Source of the DNA: Amoeboaphelidium protococcarum X5 | Lineage: Eukaryota; Fungi; Aphelidiomycota | Assembly: GCA_023515725.1 (NCBI GenBank) | Contig: JALDTO010000192.1 | Span: 558,001 to 622,000 of the forward strand | DNA length: 64,000 bases | Direction of reading: 5' to 3' | Shown: positions 13,482 through 27,000 of the stretch, piece after piece | How positions within the stretch are numbered: the stretch's first letter is position 1 | Layout of the letters: every line of letters begins with the position of its first letter | Notes under the pieces: model-generated | What the model saw: only the letters and a program-made list of their open reading frames with translations | Told to the model about the DNA's origin: nothing | The model's database searches: none | Program-made: the position numbers and the translations under genes

Positions 13482-16400
13482 TCATATTAATGCCAGCTTT
13501 TCAAGAGTAATCTCTTCGATGCATTCATCCACATAATCGTTATAAAAGTCGACAGCATCACCAAATTCTGCCACAAGATGATCCTTGATCTCCCGTCGAG
13601 TCACAGTATTTAGATCAGCCTCGTGCAGTAGTAACTTGATCTCTTCTTTCAAATCCTCTTTCCCAATGCCAGACATCATTTTCAAAGTCTCATCAGAGTA
13701 GACAGACATAGCCGCAGTAGTTGGCCGAGAGGACATGGTGTACTTTGAGAATCTGCCATTAGAAGATGGCGCGTACTTTGAGGAATAGTCAGATCTAGCC
13801 ATAGATGTAGCACGACTTTGATTGGGCATTCCAGGTGACATAGGAGAAAGATGTGACTTTGGGATGATTGGAGTTCTGTCTTCTCTGAAATTAGTCGGCT
13901 TGAGCAATGCAGGACTTTCAGGACCTTGATTGTGGCTAGCATCAGACCGTTTACGAGGAGAAGATTTCACTGTGAACATACTATCGCGGTTAATTGCCTC
14001 AGGTGGTGTCGGTAGAAGTTTTCCAAACTCACTCGCAGAGGACATGGTATAATTGTCACTGACACGGCAATCTAACTATGGAGCACCATTGTAAGACTCA
14101 AGATCTTAAGCGTGCATCTGAACCGCCACTTGATCTTAACCGCCCTGATTTGCATTTAATTGCTTACGAGATGCAACTTTACGCGCCTAGCATTATTGAG
14201 GTTCAGATAGAACAAAGCTTTGCCATTGTTACAATGTCTTTGCTTCAGCCCTTCTGTTGATATATAGCTAAGAATCTGGTGAGTCTTCCATTGCACACCC
14301 ATGCCTGCCAACAGAACATTTCCATCCATTAGAATCATTACAGTCTATAACACGAATACCAGTACCTGAGAAAATACCTACCAGTGGTATCAAAATTCCA
14401 AAGAGCGGAAATCCAATCGTCAGGTGAAGTGGAACAACCAGACCGTAAACGAAGTTTCCTTTAAGTATCATGATTATCATCAAAAGGATAGAAACCAAAG
14501 CAATGCACCCAACAGATATTACATTCGAAAAATATTGAGGGTTAAGGAGAAACTACGCCAACAGATAGTAGCAGTACGCTGTGGCAGCGGGAAGTAACAT
14601 CATGGATATAGCGTCAAAGAATGCCCATAGTCTTACACCAAATGAAGCATTCTTTTCCATACTGGATGACAAAAGAGCCCATTTTTAATGAAATAAAACC
14701 TTCCATTGAGATGAGAAATCTCTAATTACAGCAATTGAAGGCAATTTTGCAGAGTCAGCCACCTTTATAGACGGATCATAACGATGTTGCATTTGTGAAA
14801 ACTACTTCATGGAAGCTGCAACTAAGGCCTACTCTTCACCTTTCCAGTGACGTACCTTTTTATCGAAGGAGCTCAAATCTTGATACCCATTACTGACCAT
14901 GGACAAGACGCGATGATGCAATAGGCAAGGTGATCCGTCAGAATTTTTCAACTTATACATCACTGCCTTATCGGATTGAATGCACAAAACTCCCAGATAA
15001 CTGCGAAGCAGGCGATTGATATGATGCTCGTCCAGGTAAGCAAAGGTACTCAATGCTTGACCAAAAGAAGATAACGAGGCCTCTGGTTTCGCAATTGGAG
15101 ATACTGATAACAAGTGATGATCATTCTCAAGAGCATGAGTTAGATCTGATATCGCACTTTAGCCAAGCACACAACCAGAATCCAGTGATAGCATACAACT
15201 GAGTTGCAGCAGGTCAATATTAAGTTTTTAATCAATCTACTCAAAAACTTCAAATTCCAGAGCTGACAACTTTGAGGTCCCAGCATTACTTAGCTTGTTC
15301 AACAGCGAGAGAAGTAATACGGTGGAGTCGAGCTTTCCGCGATGTCCCGGTTTATAATGTTCACTTCTATTGCCAACTTTGGTGACAACACAGTAAGGCA
15401 ACTTTACGCCATTAGAATTGTACACGCCGGTGAATACAAGTCCAGCATTCAATCGCCTAGAGCCATTGCCGAGAGATGTGTACTCTTTCACCTGACCATC
15501 AGGGCCATCATAACCAACAGCATCCAATAAATTGTCTTCAGTGTTTGGATTTCCATCGCTGACGGCAAACAGAAAACACCTCTGTCCACTAGCAGACTAC
15601 TATTGAGCAATGGATGATACTGATTTTTTAAGTTATTCCGTAGACTAACCATAACAATGCATCAACACAACCACACTAGATTTTGCTTAGCCTCTACTTT
15701 TAGAGGGGAAGCAACAAAGACCAACAATCAATTTAGGGAGTGAGAACAAGAGGATCAAGCCAGCAAATCCATAGAGCACCGGGTTTATTAAGGCGCAAGA
15801 TGACATTAATGACGTGTTTTGCGTGACACCAGCGAGAAATAGTTTAGACATACACCGCTAGATCTAGTCAGCCTTAGGAACAGAATTGAATTGAGCAGAA
15901 GCATCCTATCCAATATTACTTTACAACAACTGAGTCACCTGCTGTCCGAAGAAGCCAGAAGACTCGTTGAAAGAATTACCATCTTGAAGAGCAATCTATA
16001 GATATGGTGCAACATTATACACATATCCATTGAGCACAATGTATGAGGTTTCCTTTCCACCGCTTCCATTAGATTTCTGTGCCAAAATGTCAGACGTGAT
16101 AACAACGCGTCCCACAGTGGCTACTGAGACGGCTTGACGCGCGGCAGCGCTGAAGAAACACGGTCCACTCGAGCCATTCGGTAGAGGACAATTCTGAAGC
16201 AGCCCAGAGCCAGCAACACGAAAGTTGGAGTCTTCTAGCTTCCTGCGAAGCCATTCATCAGCGACTGGTTGATTGCCACCGACACACTCTTGAATATCAG
16301 GATCAGTATACGTGTTGGATTCTGGTAGACGTCCAAGCAGCGTGAAAGCTGGGAAATTGTCACTCAAATCTTTGCCTCCATTCTGACTAGCAAGGGATTA

Positions 16401-16625
16401 AATGGCTGGATCAGATAATTTACTGGTTTGAATAATTTTACCGTTTGCAATAATGCGGTCATTAACTTATTGCGCCTATCTCAATAGCATGTCGCCATTG
16501 TTACAACCATAAGAAGTGCCCAGCTGTAGTCCGGCTATCAACAGCGCGGATAATATGATAAACGCGAATACTTTCAGTATCCATGCAGGGACACCTGACC
16601 GGTAATTTAGATTTGAATCTTTCAT
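13482..16625 (-). CDS. Division-2 chitin-synthase-like protein (cyt-b5-like region, GT2 core, TMs, DEK-C) with degenerate catalytic motifs; 1047 aa
   Basis: YIVLNGYVYNVAPYL, CFLFAVSDG, YTSLGNGSRRLNAGLVFTGVY, PYCVVTKVG..KPGHRGKLDS, C-terminal DEK-C LLHEADLNTVTRREIKDHL; one frame, no myosin head. Confidence 0.85.
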
Positions 16626-17290
16626 TATTTATCGACTGGTGCAATTAATTGTAAATTTATTAAACGTGCTGCTGTAAAAGAAAGTGAGGCAAGCAATGAG
16701 ATTCAATAAATGTGATCGTCTAATCAGAGCACGCCGTCTGTAACAGCATTGCAAGCGACTGATCACTATGAATTGACCATTCAGGTGCATTGTTAAAAGA
16801 CCGAAATTACTAGAGTATGCAATATACTAAACGTTTGTAATGCAATACTTTTTCATAAATCTTATATTAATAATTCTCGAAGAATGAAGTCCAAACTGAT
16901 CTTGAACTTGAAATCTGTGGCGAATGAGGTGCCAGTCTTGTACTGTAGATAGATATCTTGTTTGGGCAACAGAGGACATTAAGGCTTTCTAGTATACTGT
17001 ATATCTCTTTTAATATATAGTGACATGATTTTGAAAGTCCTATGGAAATACCGTAAGCAAAATCGCTATAATGTACCTTATACTCAGGCGAAAGGCTTGG
17101 ATTAGTGTAACACGGTCATTTCAGATCACGCTAAATACAATTGTAACCTGCGTGACCTCTGTGCCAAGACTGATTGGCTGTAAAAGGCTTGAAGTTGCAC
17201 GTACATGATACCAATCTTTTGGAATGTGTTATATATTTATTCTTTATCTTGAAATCCCCAAATCTTGTCAAGAGACATCATACTAAAATC

Positions 17291-19255
17291 ATGCACGTAC
17301 GATTATTGATTGGAATACTAATTATCTGTTTATTGAAGCTCGATAATAATGCGCAAACTGCTAATCCTCCTGCTTAAAGCAAGGCAGGTCCAGTGCAGCA
17401 GAGGCAAGCGCCAACCTAAAAGCCTGCTCAAAGCGTGACTCCTGCAAGGAGAGCGTAAGTTGCTGCCAGTCCATAATAATAGTAATAATAATAATTACCT
17501 AGACCGCCTGCATCTGGTCAGTCAGCGTAGCCGCAAATGCTCGCTCAGAGACAAGCACCTCTCAACGCGTCTGTACCTGCCCAGGATTCCACAGTTGCAC
17601 CGCAACCTTCTGCAGATAGATAAAGTGGCAGTAATGACAACAAGCGTGTGCCGTCATAGGGTCCCCAAGCTGCACCTGCGCGTAAAATTGCGAATCCTCA
17701 GCAGCCGCGCCCAGTTTAGTCTACTGCACCAGCGCCCGTTGCTTAACCAGCTGCTGCCGACGCTCGACCTGCGCCAGTCGCTGATCAACCTAAAGCGCCA
17801 GAGTAACAAAAGTCTATTAATATACCCGAGCCTGTAGTCGCTCCTTCTGAACATGTCAAACCTGAAAATAGAGCTCGCTCATTTGGAGCTGAGACAGAAG
17901 AGATGAAAGGCTAGGCCGTCGGCGATGATAAAGCTGTTGAAAGGTTAGCTGCGCCTGAAGCTACCAAGCCAGAGCCTTAAAAACCTACTGGCGATGATAG
18001 TAAAGAGAGAATGGCTGCAGCTGATCAATCTGTCCAAGAGGAAACAGAGGCGAAATAAGAGCCTCGCAAATTAGCACCTAAAGTGGACGAGACTGTCTCC
18101 ACAGGTGGTACTAGTTCGTAATTGCCTAAGGAGTCTGAGGTGAAAGAGTCACCTCCTTCACCTAGACAAGCTGATCCACCTTTGTCCGCTGATGGTAATA
18201 ATAAAACTGAGACGCGTCCGCCGGTTGCTGAGCCGCCTTCTAAACCTGCCCCTGTTCCAGAGCCTACATAACTTCCAAGTCCTACCTAAAGCGGAGATGA
18301 TCAAAAGCCCAAAGACTCCGCAGCTTAGTAACCTGATATTCCAACACCTCCGTTGAGTGGAAATGAGGCCTCTAACACTGGATCGTCTGCTGGTGGCCTT
18401 AATGGCGGAGAGCAGTAGTAACCAGCTGCTAGTATGCCAGTAGCGAATGAGGCTCCTCAAGGGTAGGTCGCTGCTCCGTTAGAGAATTAGCTACCATAGT
18501 AATCATAGCAATTTAACAATTCTGCGCCTGCACAGATGGCGTAGCCACCATCGTAGGTGTAACCAGCGAACACCACTGTAGCAGAGAATCAAAGCGAGAG
18601 TGTGCCAAAGTCGGCTGCTTCATCCGATGCGTCTGATGTTGCTTAGCAGGATGTAGCTAATAAAGGAGTGAAGGAGCCTACTGTTAAAGAACCTGTCGCT
18701 ACACCTCCTCCTCCTCCTCCGCCTGTGTAACCGCCTGCTGTCCAGCCGTCTCCCCCTTAACCTCTTGCTCCGCCTCAAGTTCAATTGCCACCACCACCGC
18801 CTACTCCTCCAGCTACAAAAGTTGATGAAAAGAAGGAAACTGACAAGGCTTAGTCTCCCATCAGCCAGCCTTAACTCGTCAATCAATCTTAGCCATAAGA
18901 TTCATCATAGTAAAATGTTGAATTCAAAGCAGCATCTATTGACGATGTAGACGCGGTTACCGGATAGCCTCCTAGTTCTCAGGTCATTGCAGAACGAATC
19001 AAGAAGCTCCCTAACTAAGGATGGTCTAACTTTAGACGCGCGGGACCTCAATAGTAATCAGAGTCAGGAAAATAAGCACCTGCATCCTTCGGAGTATCAT
19101 CTGCTGGTGGCCTGGTTAAAGATGAGAAAACTGGTGAAAGAAAGAGGGGTCCTCTGACAATAACTCAAGCTGACATCTCCGGAGGTTCTAATCATTGTAC
19201 AATTTCCATTCTATCAGCGTCTATAGCAGTTTTATTATCGTTACTGCTTCTTTGA
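17291..19255 (+). CDS. Secreted Pro/Gln/Ala-rich low-complexity protein with putative GPI signal (654 aa)
   Basis: N-terminal MHVRLLIGILIICLL; C-terminal SGGSNHCTISILSASIAVLLSLLLL*; poly-Q encoded by TAA/TAG. Confidence 0.75.
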
Positions 19256-19300
19256 ATGATCAAAATAATATAGTTTTATTATCATATAACTTATTCATAT

Positions 19301-20615
19301 TCATTTTAATTTCAAATTTTGCCCAACAAGTTCAGATATGTTCTTAACACCACGTTAATTACATTCCTCAGCGAGGTAATCTTTAATCTCTCTAACTAAT
19401 CCCGGTCCTTGATACACCATGGCAGTATACAGTTGAATGGCAAAGGCTCCATTAAGTATAAAATCCAAGGCATCTTCACCGCTTGATATTCCACCACATC
19501 CGATGATGGTAATCTTCCCACTCGTATTCTTATAAAATTTCCTTAAAGCACTCAAACTCAATTCCTGCAAGGGACTACCAGATAAGCCGCCTGCTTCTTT
19601 AGCACCGCTCTGATTTGCTATAGTACCCGGTCTCTAAACTGTAGTATTTGATACTATAAGTCCATCAACTTTCTCTTCCAATAGAACTTAGGATATATCT
19701 GCGATTTCCTGGTCATTCAAATCTGGAGCCACCTTCAAAACTATAGCTGGCTTAGATTACAGATGATCAATAGCCTTCTTCACATCATGAATAAGACTCC
19801 TCAACGTATCCTTCTACTAGAGAGCGCGTAAATTCGGAGTATTAGGAGATGATACATTAATTACGAGATAATCAGCAAAGTCGCCAAACTTTATCGCACC
19901 TTCAACGTAATCAGAATTTGAAGACTCGGCAGAGATCTTATTCTTACCAAGATTGATGCCTAATACTTTCCCACGGACACCACTTTTATATTCAGTGTCC
20001 TTCTGTATGAAACGCTGCCTCAAACATTCAGCAGCAAAATCGGATCCTTTACAGTTGAAGCCATATCGATTAATCACCGCCTGCTCCTCTTCCAACCTGA
20101 ATACTCTCGGACGTGGATTACCCTCCTACACTTGAATCAAAGAGTAATCTATATTAATGTAAACTTTATAGCGCGACATACCTGAGGCAAAGGTGTGATA
20201 CTTCCAACCTCTACAATGCCAAATCCAGCATTGAACATTGCATCAACCACTTCCGCATTCTTATCAAATCCGGCGGCCAGGCCAACGACATTGCCCACTT
20301 TCTTTCCAAATAGCTACAAAGAGATCTTTACAGAAGTCAACTTTATATTAGTATAACAGAATAGAATCTCACCTTCACTGATAGTACAGAATCATCTTTA
20401 ACGCGGTCGACGGGAAATAGACCCATTTTAGCCAATTTAATCGCAAGTTCGTGGGACTCCTCGCCATCATAGAGCTTCCGTATGATCGGTAGGGAGACGT
20501 ACTTGTGGACAGCAGCGCGTGAATCTGTCCCATATAGATAGAGTAGACTGCCCACAGACAAAGTTCCCAGTGACCCAGCTAAAAAGGCAACCTTAGATCC
20601 TAAACGCGAACTCAT
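19301..20615 (-). CDS. URA9: Class 2 (mitochondrial, quinone-linked) dihydroorotate dehydrogenase; introns 20314-20372, 20126-20181
   Basis: [70 protein letters not shown]. Confidence 0.95.
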
Positions 20616-21008
20616 TAGAATTGTATACGATAGCGATTAAAGATGTTGCAAGATGTGAAAAATGTAATCAGATCACTGTTTCATTAATATCACTGTGTTC
20701 TTTAAAGACAATTTTTAATCAAAAATTTTACATGCTCAAGTATTGATAACAGAGGAAAAAACTCATGTAATCACCAAATTTTATGAGACATTTGTATAGT
20801 TATAGTTTACATAGTGAGATGTCATATATTGCAAGTATTACTTCTACCACTCCTCATGTGCTGCCCGTACAAAGACGCGCGTCCGAGTGAATCTCTTCGC
20901 GCATGTTTTAAAAATTCCACATTCCACCAACACAGACACACTCATACTTATATTTTTGCTACTATTAACCAATTCATACTCTATCAAAGGCTAGTTTAAC
21001 AGGAAATC

Positions 21009-21443
21009 ATGTCCCAGAATACAAATTAAATCATCTGTGAAGTTCGACAGGAAATAACTGATAAATTGAAGGAATTTAGATTTAGAAAGAGCAAGAAGAA
21101 TGCTGCATTGATTTTGAAGGTGGACAAGGATGATTTCAAGGTCAAGATTGAGTAGTTACTAGATGGCTGCACAATGGAAGATCTGGCTGAAGAATTGCCG
21201 GATAATTAGCCAAGATTCGTAGTATATTCCTACGAGTATGTTCACCAAGATGGTCGTGTCTCTTATCCTCTAATATTCTTCTACTGGTCTCCCACCACGG
21301 TGAAGCCAGAGATGCACATGCTGTACGCCTCGGCCAAGACTCATGTCGTCTAAAAGTGTGAAGTTGGCAAAGTGTATGACATTCGGGAGTTGAGTACATT
21401 CACAGAGACTTGGCTCAAAGAGAAGTTGTCATTCTTTAAATGA
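21009..21443 (+). CDS. GMF: Glia maturation factor (ADF-H, Aim7/GMF)
   Basis: [71 protein letters not shown]. Confidence 0.92.
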
Positions 21444-21576
21444 TAATTTTTTAATGTAAAAGAATTTTGAAACTCTATATAAACTTTCACCTTCCATTTC
21501 ACTAGTATCACCTCAGTATAGCATAACAGAATATTGACACTCACAATATGATAATAGTCCACCAACAGATGATAAC

Positions 21577-21954
21577 TCACTTGGTTTTACTTCTGAGCGA
21601 TACAAACTGACCGTGTCGCTTCTTGGCCGTTTTCCCGTTTGGATGCGCGCTCTGTCCGTGCACTGGGAGACCGTACGCCAACCGCTAGCCTCTCAGTGAC
21701 CCAATCTCGTAGTAGTGCTTGCAACGCGCGGCAATCTTCCTCTACAGCTCGTGTCCGACTTTATCCGGATCTTGTTCAATAGTTTTTGATATGCGCGACA
21801 GCATGTCTTCACTCAGATCTTTGACTTTACATTTCGGATGGATAGACAGTCGATTGCATATCTACACCGCCTTCGTGTCTCCAATTCCAAATATATTCCT
21901 CAGCGCGATCCTCACAAGCTTCTACTCTGGCAGATTAGCTCCAAATAGAAACAT
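21577..21954 (-). CDS. SWS2: Mitochondrial ribosomal protein uS13m (Sws2)
   Basis: LFGANLPEQKLVRIALRNIFGIG, IGSLRGQRLAYGLPVHGQSAHPNGKTAKK. Confidence 0.85.
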
Positions 21955-22194
21955 TATAATTAGCTGTTGATATAACGCTCGCGCGTCTGTGATGTAATTT
22001 TATATAAAAGCCGATTAAAAAGACTGCGAAATTAAAGAACGAATCACCTGTTATAGAGGTCCTTGTCGCGTTCAATTAAATTTCGATTTTAAAATTGAAA
22101 TTTTAGCGCTTATAATAGGATTTCCGCCATCTTGATATCATCATATTTAATTTGGTTATTAAGAAGAAAAAAAGAGAGACTTAAATTTCAAGAG

Positions 22195-23022
22195 ATGAAG
22201 GAAGACTGGCATAAGACATCACTCATAAAAAAGTAATTGTAGTAGGCTTATCGAGTAAAGGGCGAGATTAAGCCGCACGATGTTGTTAGGCGAAAGCACT
22301 TGCCTGGTAGTAGTAATGCATGGCGATACAGAGAGGGTGGTGGTGATGATGATGCGGATGGTTCAAAGCTGAATGATGGCACAGCGTTAAAATTGAAATT
22401 GGAGTCTTTCAGGTTCAGTAAAGATGCACATGTTCACTTGGATGATGAGCAGTACTGGAACGATGATCGCGATAATATCCTCAATGTTGACTTATACAGA
22501 ATAGACTTTAAGCGATTAGATTCGTTGATTACTGATTATGATGTGAATGTAGATTTTATACAACCTATCTTGTATGCCAAAGTTGATAAAACGCGTAAAT
22601 CGCATGGTATCCTTCGGTAATAGTTATCTTAGGTAACTTAGAATGCGAGTCCGTAAATAGAGTCTGACGTCTAAGGTATCGCGGAAATGGACAAGTTATA
22701 GATTAGGGATTCTCATGAATAGTAGTAGACTCTATAATAACAGTCACCTTTGCATGCATCTTCGCCTGGGTCTAGTCAAAGTTAATATCAATCAACACAC
22801 TCTGAATCTGCTGATAACTCATCATCTGTCAGCGTAACATCTCCTCTAGGTAGTGAAATGTAAAATAGCATGTCTCCGGTCTCTCAACAATCTAATCAAT
22901 AGCAAACTTAGTAGTAGCAAATAGTGGAAAAGACGGGATAAGTATCAGCAGAGTAGAAAAAGAGACCATCGGTTCTGTAAGACGTTGATCCGGAAGAATG
23001 GCTGGATGATTTGCTCGGATGA
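22195..23022 (+). CDS. Aven-like protein (tentative)
   Basis: RRKHLPGSSNAWRYRE and terminal DPEEWLDDLLG* resemble Aven-family end motifs; low-complexity middle. Confidence 0.45.
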
Positions 23023-23138
23023 TGGCTAATAAGTTACATGTTAACGCGTTCTTTGTATGAACAGATAAAGTTATCAATAATATAATGTATATTTCATTAG
23101 TAACAAGTTACTTTATCATAATTGGACAGAGCTTGCAA

Positions 23139-23926
23139 TCAATAGGAGCGATCTTTGGCAGTGCATTTCAAACTAGCCAACTGCTTCCCTTTGTAAGAGA
23201 GAGTGCAGTGCATTCGATCTCCATCAACAACTTGAGACACGCCACTCGGAGTACCCGTCAGAATAACATCACCCTCTTCCAGAGTCATTATACGACTGAC
23301 ATGCTGAATTATCGATGGAATATCGAAAAGCATATCGCGAGTATTTCCAGATTGACGAACTTGTCCATTCACTTACAGCATAAGATCGACATCATGAGGA
23401 TGTGGTATGAGACTCTTGTCTATCACATCGCTAATCGGTGTGAACGTGTCATAGCCTTTACTCTCAGTCCATGGTAGTCCACTGCGAGCCGCCAGTTGTT
23501 ACAAATCACGCGCTGTCATGTCTAGAGCCAGTGTATAGCCTCCGACTAGATCAAGCGCGTCAGACTTTGGTACGTTAAATCCGCGCTTCCCAATAACAAC
23601 ACCCAGTTCAACTACACAATTACACGGTATTGATTAAATCATCGCTTACAATCAATTGGACCCACATATCTCAGATATACCTTCGTGATGTACATTGGTT
23701 CCTTTTGGAATTAATACTTTGCTGTCATTCACACAGTATGACGAGGTTGGCTTCAGAAAGATTATTGGACTTTTAGGGACGTCATTACCAAGTTCTTTGG
23801 CATGATCGCTACACACCTGCTTAATATGTACATCAAAGAGCTGGTATAATTCATAACTAAAGCATACACATAGTTTCTGCCGACTGCCACTATCTTGCGA
23901 CCATTTCTAATAAACTGTTTCCACAT
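23139..23926 (-). CDS. FAHD1: FAH-family acylpyruvase/oxaloacetate decarboxylase FAHD1/Fmp41; introns 23809-23867, 23612-23680
   Basis: [66 protein letters not shown]. Confidence 0.92.
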
Positions 23927-24086
23927 AATGCTCTAGTGCACAAAGATACGATCACGAAGCTAAAAGTACTATCAAGCAGCAAATGCTTGAAAACGATAAT
24001 AAAAATAAAGTAAGATCCATTTAAAAATATGTATTACTCAATTTTTATACGATATATCTCATTCTCATGCCAGTACTACATTAACA

Positions 24087-27000
24087 TCAAAGCAGTGGAA
24101 CGGTATCTCCAATTTCGCCGCGTTGAATTAGCTATGCCAAATTATCAGATCCAGATCCACTTACAGCAGACGCGACATTATTGTTACCGTCCAAGTTATT
24201 GCTACCTGTGCCTTAAGCCGCATTACCAAGTGGCCGCGTAACAACAGCGACCAACTGACTCAACTGCTCCATCAAGCTAGTGTTCTATACGAATACCGGC
24301 TACTCAAACCATTCCAAAAGCACAAATAAAGGATAGCGAGCGCCCTTAAAGAAAAGATGGGTACTACTCTAACGACGATGCTCCTTTTAAGAACCTGATT
24401 TATCCTTCTTATGATGTGGCGACGATGCTTATGATGGAGAAAGACACATCTCAACAGATGCAGAGTTGAGTTTATTTTCCACCAGAAAGTACTTTGCAAT
24501 TTATTCATTCCCAGTCGCCAGATCCAACAAAAGGCCTATGCAGCGCTGGACAGCTTCAAAATACTTTTACTGACTAGTATAAGATAGATCGAGAGGCATA
24601 ATGATTTCCAACAGAGGATCTGCAGACTCTTGCTATTATTACTGTGACATTCTCTCTTTGCCTTTGCCGCCTTTATCCAAATTAGTAGACTACTGCTTCA
24701 AAGACTCAGACTCATTCGCTCCCAATCTCCACTCTCGAGCACATCGCGCCGTTATGAATATAAGAGCATTTATTATCTCCTTCCTGGCCACACTATTCTC
24801 GCACAGATTGCCAAGCAGCTGTGGCAAAAAGTGATGGTGTATAGGACGCGGAGAAAACGCAATCTTGAGCAAATCCAACAAAGAAGACAGATCCAAAATC
24901 AGAGCAGGTTCCTTGTTATTCACAGGCAACTTTTTCACAGCTTCAGCAGCTTAAGCACGTTGTCTCTATTGATTTTACTACTCTTCCGAAAGTTGATTTC
25001 TATGCTGCGCAATATTTCCCTCTGTAAACTGCAGAAAATCTTGCATCTCTGGAGGTAAATGATTAAGAAACTCAGCCATAGACTACTCCATCTAGCTCAG
25101 TGTTGGAGCATCAGTATCCATCATTGCGCCCAAAGCTGCAGATGCATTACCTGCACCGCCATCAGTTCCTTAGGCTCGGATCATTCTACGCACATCGATA
25201 GGCAGTTGCTGCAGAAATTCTTCACTTATGTCACCAGTGATAATGTTATTCGTGGTCTATTCTCTAAGATACTGACCAATTACTTCCACTCTTAAATCAT
25301 CAGGTAGAGCTTGCAAAAACATAACGTCGATACCAGTGGAAGTCAAGTCTACAGGAGTACCATATATCGTAATTACATTCTCATTCGCCGGAGCCTGACT
25401 TGAAGAAGATTAGCCACCCTCTTAAGTAGACTAAGCACTACCACTTTATTCGCTATTAGCTGCAGCCTCTGCGGCCTCTTGTGCACGTTTCTGCTATTCT
25501 GCGGCTCTATCTGCAGTTTCCTTGGCCTCTTTCTCTTCTCGTTCACGCTACTTTACCTCAGCAAGACGTTTCTATTCCTCAGCTTTCAACTTATCAGCCA
25601 CTTTGGCCGCAGGTAAAAGAGCATTGAGAACGTGATTTACAACATTCTAAGCCTAGTCACTATACTTTGCGCCAAACAAAAATTTGGCTTCCTAGAACCA
25701 TCTGTCACTGGACTTTGTAGGAAGGAATTCATTACTAAAGCTATCTTCCTTCTTCTGCTAAGTCTAGTCATAGGCAAGACCATCTACTTGGCGAGCATTA
25801 AAAGATCTACGTCCATTCTCTACAGTCACATTAATACTACGAGGATCCACATGTAGCAGTTACTCAATCATTTAAATAGCACCTTGCGCCTCTTCAGGGA
25901 GATCAGGACGACTACCAACAAGACCACGAGGTAATGTAAGACCATCAGGATTCACATCCGCTGACTGCCCACCATTTGTGAGAAAGTCTGGATTCTGTGG
26001 AATAGAATCAGCCAAAGATACAGCATTAGTACGGCCATTAATGTTGGAATAACTAGCGATTCCATCATCCATCAGTAGAGGTTATGATATTCCACCACCA
26101 GTCATACGAACCTGAAATCCAGAGTTTGCAATCTCATCAAACGCGTCAGGCCGGAAGATGGTATTCAAAGGTGGAATTCTGCGTCTCATCAAATTACCAA
26201 ACGGAGGCATACCTCCAAATGGCCGTCCTCCGATCTGAACAAATTCATCATTTCCCATCTCAATCTCATAGTCAGCCCAAGCCTAATTCTCATAATCCTC
26301 TTCATCCTCATCTTCTTCTGGATCCTCATCATCGTCGTAGTCATCTACATCTTGGTCATCATCGTGCGCATGTTCGACGGCAGCAAATAAGTCATCATCG
26401 TCAAAGTGATTCATAAAGTCAAGTTGAAAGTCTCTTTAACCGCCAGTATCTTGATCTCCACCAGCATTCGGTGGGCGGACAATGTTCAAATCCTCTATTG
26501 GCACTTCGAAAGCTAAAGACTCGCCGTGGTTGTGGCCGGCGTCATCGCCATCTTCGTCATCAGCAATATCGAGCCACTCAGGAGCATCTTCATCTTCATT
26601 GTCGTACTCTTCTCCTTCCAAATAGTCGTGACCGTGTACACTGTCACCATCATGCTCCATTTCATAGTCATCAAGATCAGAGTCGGTATCACTAATGTCT
26701 CCATCATCATCGTCAAGACTATCTTAGTCTTCGTCGTCAACAGGAGTAGCTCTAATCACGACCTCCATATCCATGTCGTCTCCAGAATTCATAGAATGAT
26801 CATCGTCGGTCTCATCGGAAACATCTGTGAAATCACCACCAGCATCTTCGTCCATCATATCCTCATCGCTGTAATAATCCTCTTCTTCACCATACTAATC
26901 TTCATCTCCATCCTCGTCAGAGGAAGTCATTCCATTTCGCCCATGATTAGCTCCTGCTGGATTCATAACTCCCAATGCGGAATCTCTGATAAATTCGTCA

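Noticed and set aside
24000-24089. TGA readthrough to complete Tom1
   Set aside because: Only about 160 nt of AT-rich sequence separate the stop from the FAHD1 start, too little for a HECT domain
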